A DNA stretch of 59,556 nt, the filler included. It is 4 parts of 4 records of this genome, joined end to end, with 100 filler letters (N's around TTAATTAATTAA, not from the genome) between each part and the next. Parts side by side here need not be neighbours in the genome. Positions count along the whole stretch, not along the records: positions 43,928 to 59,556 come from DRR723986_1446; 3 more parts are not named here. The stretch is one strand, 5' to 3'. Below are positions 59,527 to 59,556 of this stretch, one piece after another. The stretch's first letter is position 1. The number at the start of each line of letters is the position of its first letter. Both the position numbers and the translations under genes were made by a program. The notes beneath the pieces were generated by a model. That model made no database searches and was not told the origin of the DNA. It saw nothing but the letters and a program-made list of their open reading frames with translations.

Positions 59527-59556
59527 GGCGGAGTAGCTCAGTTGGTTAGAGCAGCG
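59527..59556 (+). tRNA. tRNA 5' part (probably tRNA-Met), truncated before the anticodon
   Basis: GGCGGAG-TA-GCTCAGTTGGTTAGAGC-AGCG gives the acceptor strand plus D-arm; the isotype is inferred from memory of alphaproteobacterial tRNA-Met. Confidence 0.85.

Overview
The window is four unrelated contigs joined by artificial 100-nt spacers (N-run, TTAATTAATTAA, N-run) at 7768-7867, 13262-13361 and 43828-43927, so nothing should be read across those joins. (1) 1-7767, Rhodobacteraceae-like: a SAM methyltransferase followed by an H1-type T6SS core (tssA-tssB-tssC-hcp-tagJ-tssE-tssF'). (2) 7868-13261, Rhodobacteraceae-like: a GNAT gene and an fdhD-mobA-mobB-moeA operon, where MoeA carries an extra ~275-aa N-terminal domain. 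(3) 13362-43827, gammaproteobacterial (Halieaceae-like by my judgement): steroid C/D-ring catabolic genes, then an Xps-order T2SS (gspEFGHIJKLM-N/C-D). Directly after it come a lipoprotein, a 518-aa secreted protein with marks of very high expression, a PpiC foldase, a 1163-aa sulfotransferase/coiled-coil/GT2/GT4 protein and three further sulfotransferase-like genes. The contig ends with ampG, GT2, ATL, DUF481, fxsA and groES-groEL' with a perfect CIRCE plus a sigma32 promoter. (4) 43928-59556, Rhodobacteraceae-like housekeeping: CDF, mscL, dgcN-dgcA-dat, mcl, slt, dapA, tyrB, sseA, smpB, LysR, DMT, hemE/hemC with a PpsR-type box, and the start of a tRNA. The best candidate for an undescribed system is the contig 3 locus, which I infer to be a dedicated T2SS exporting an S-layer-like protein together with a sulfated, length-controlled glycan. 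All calls come from motif recognition and recall; no searches were run.
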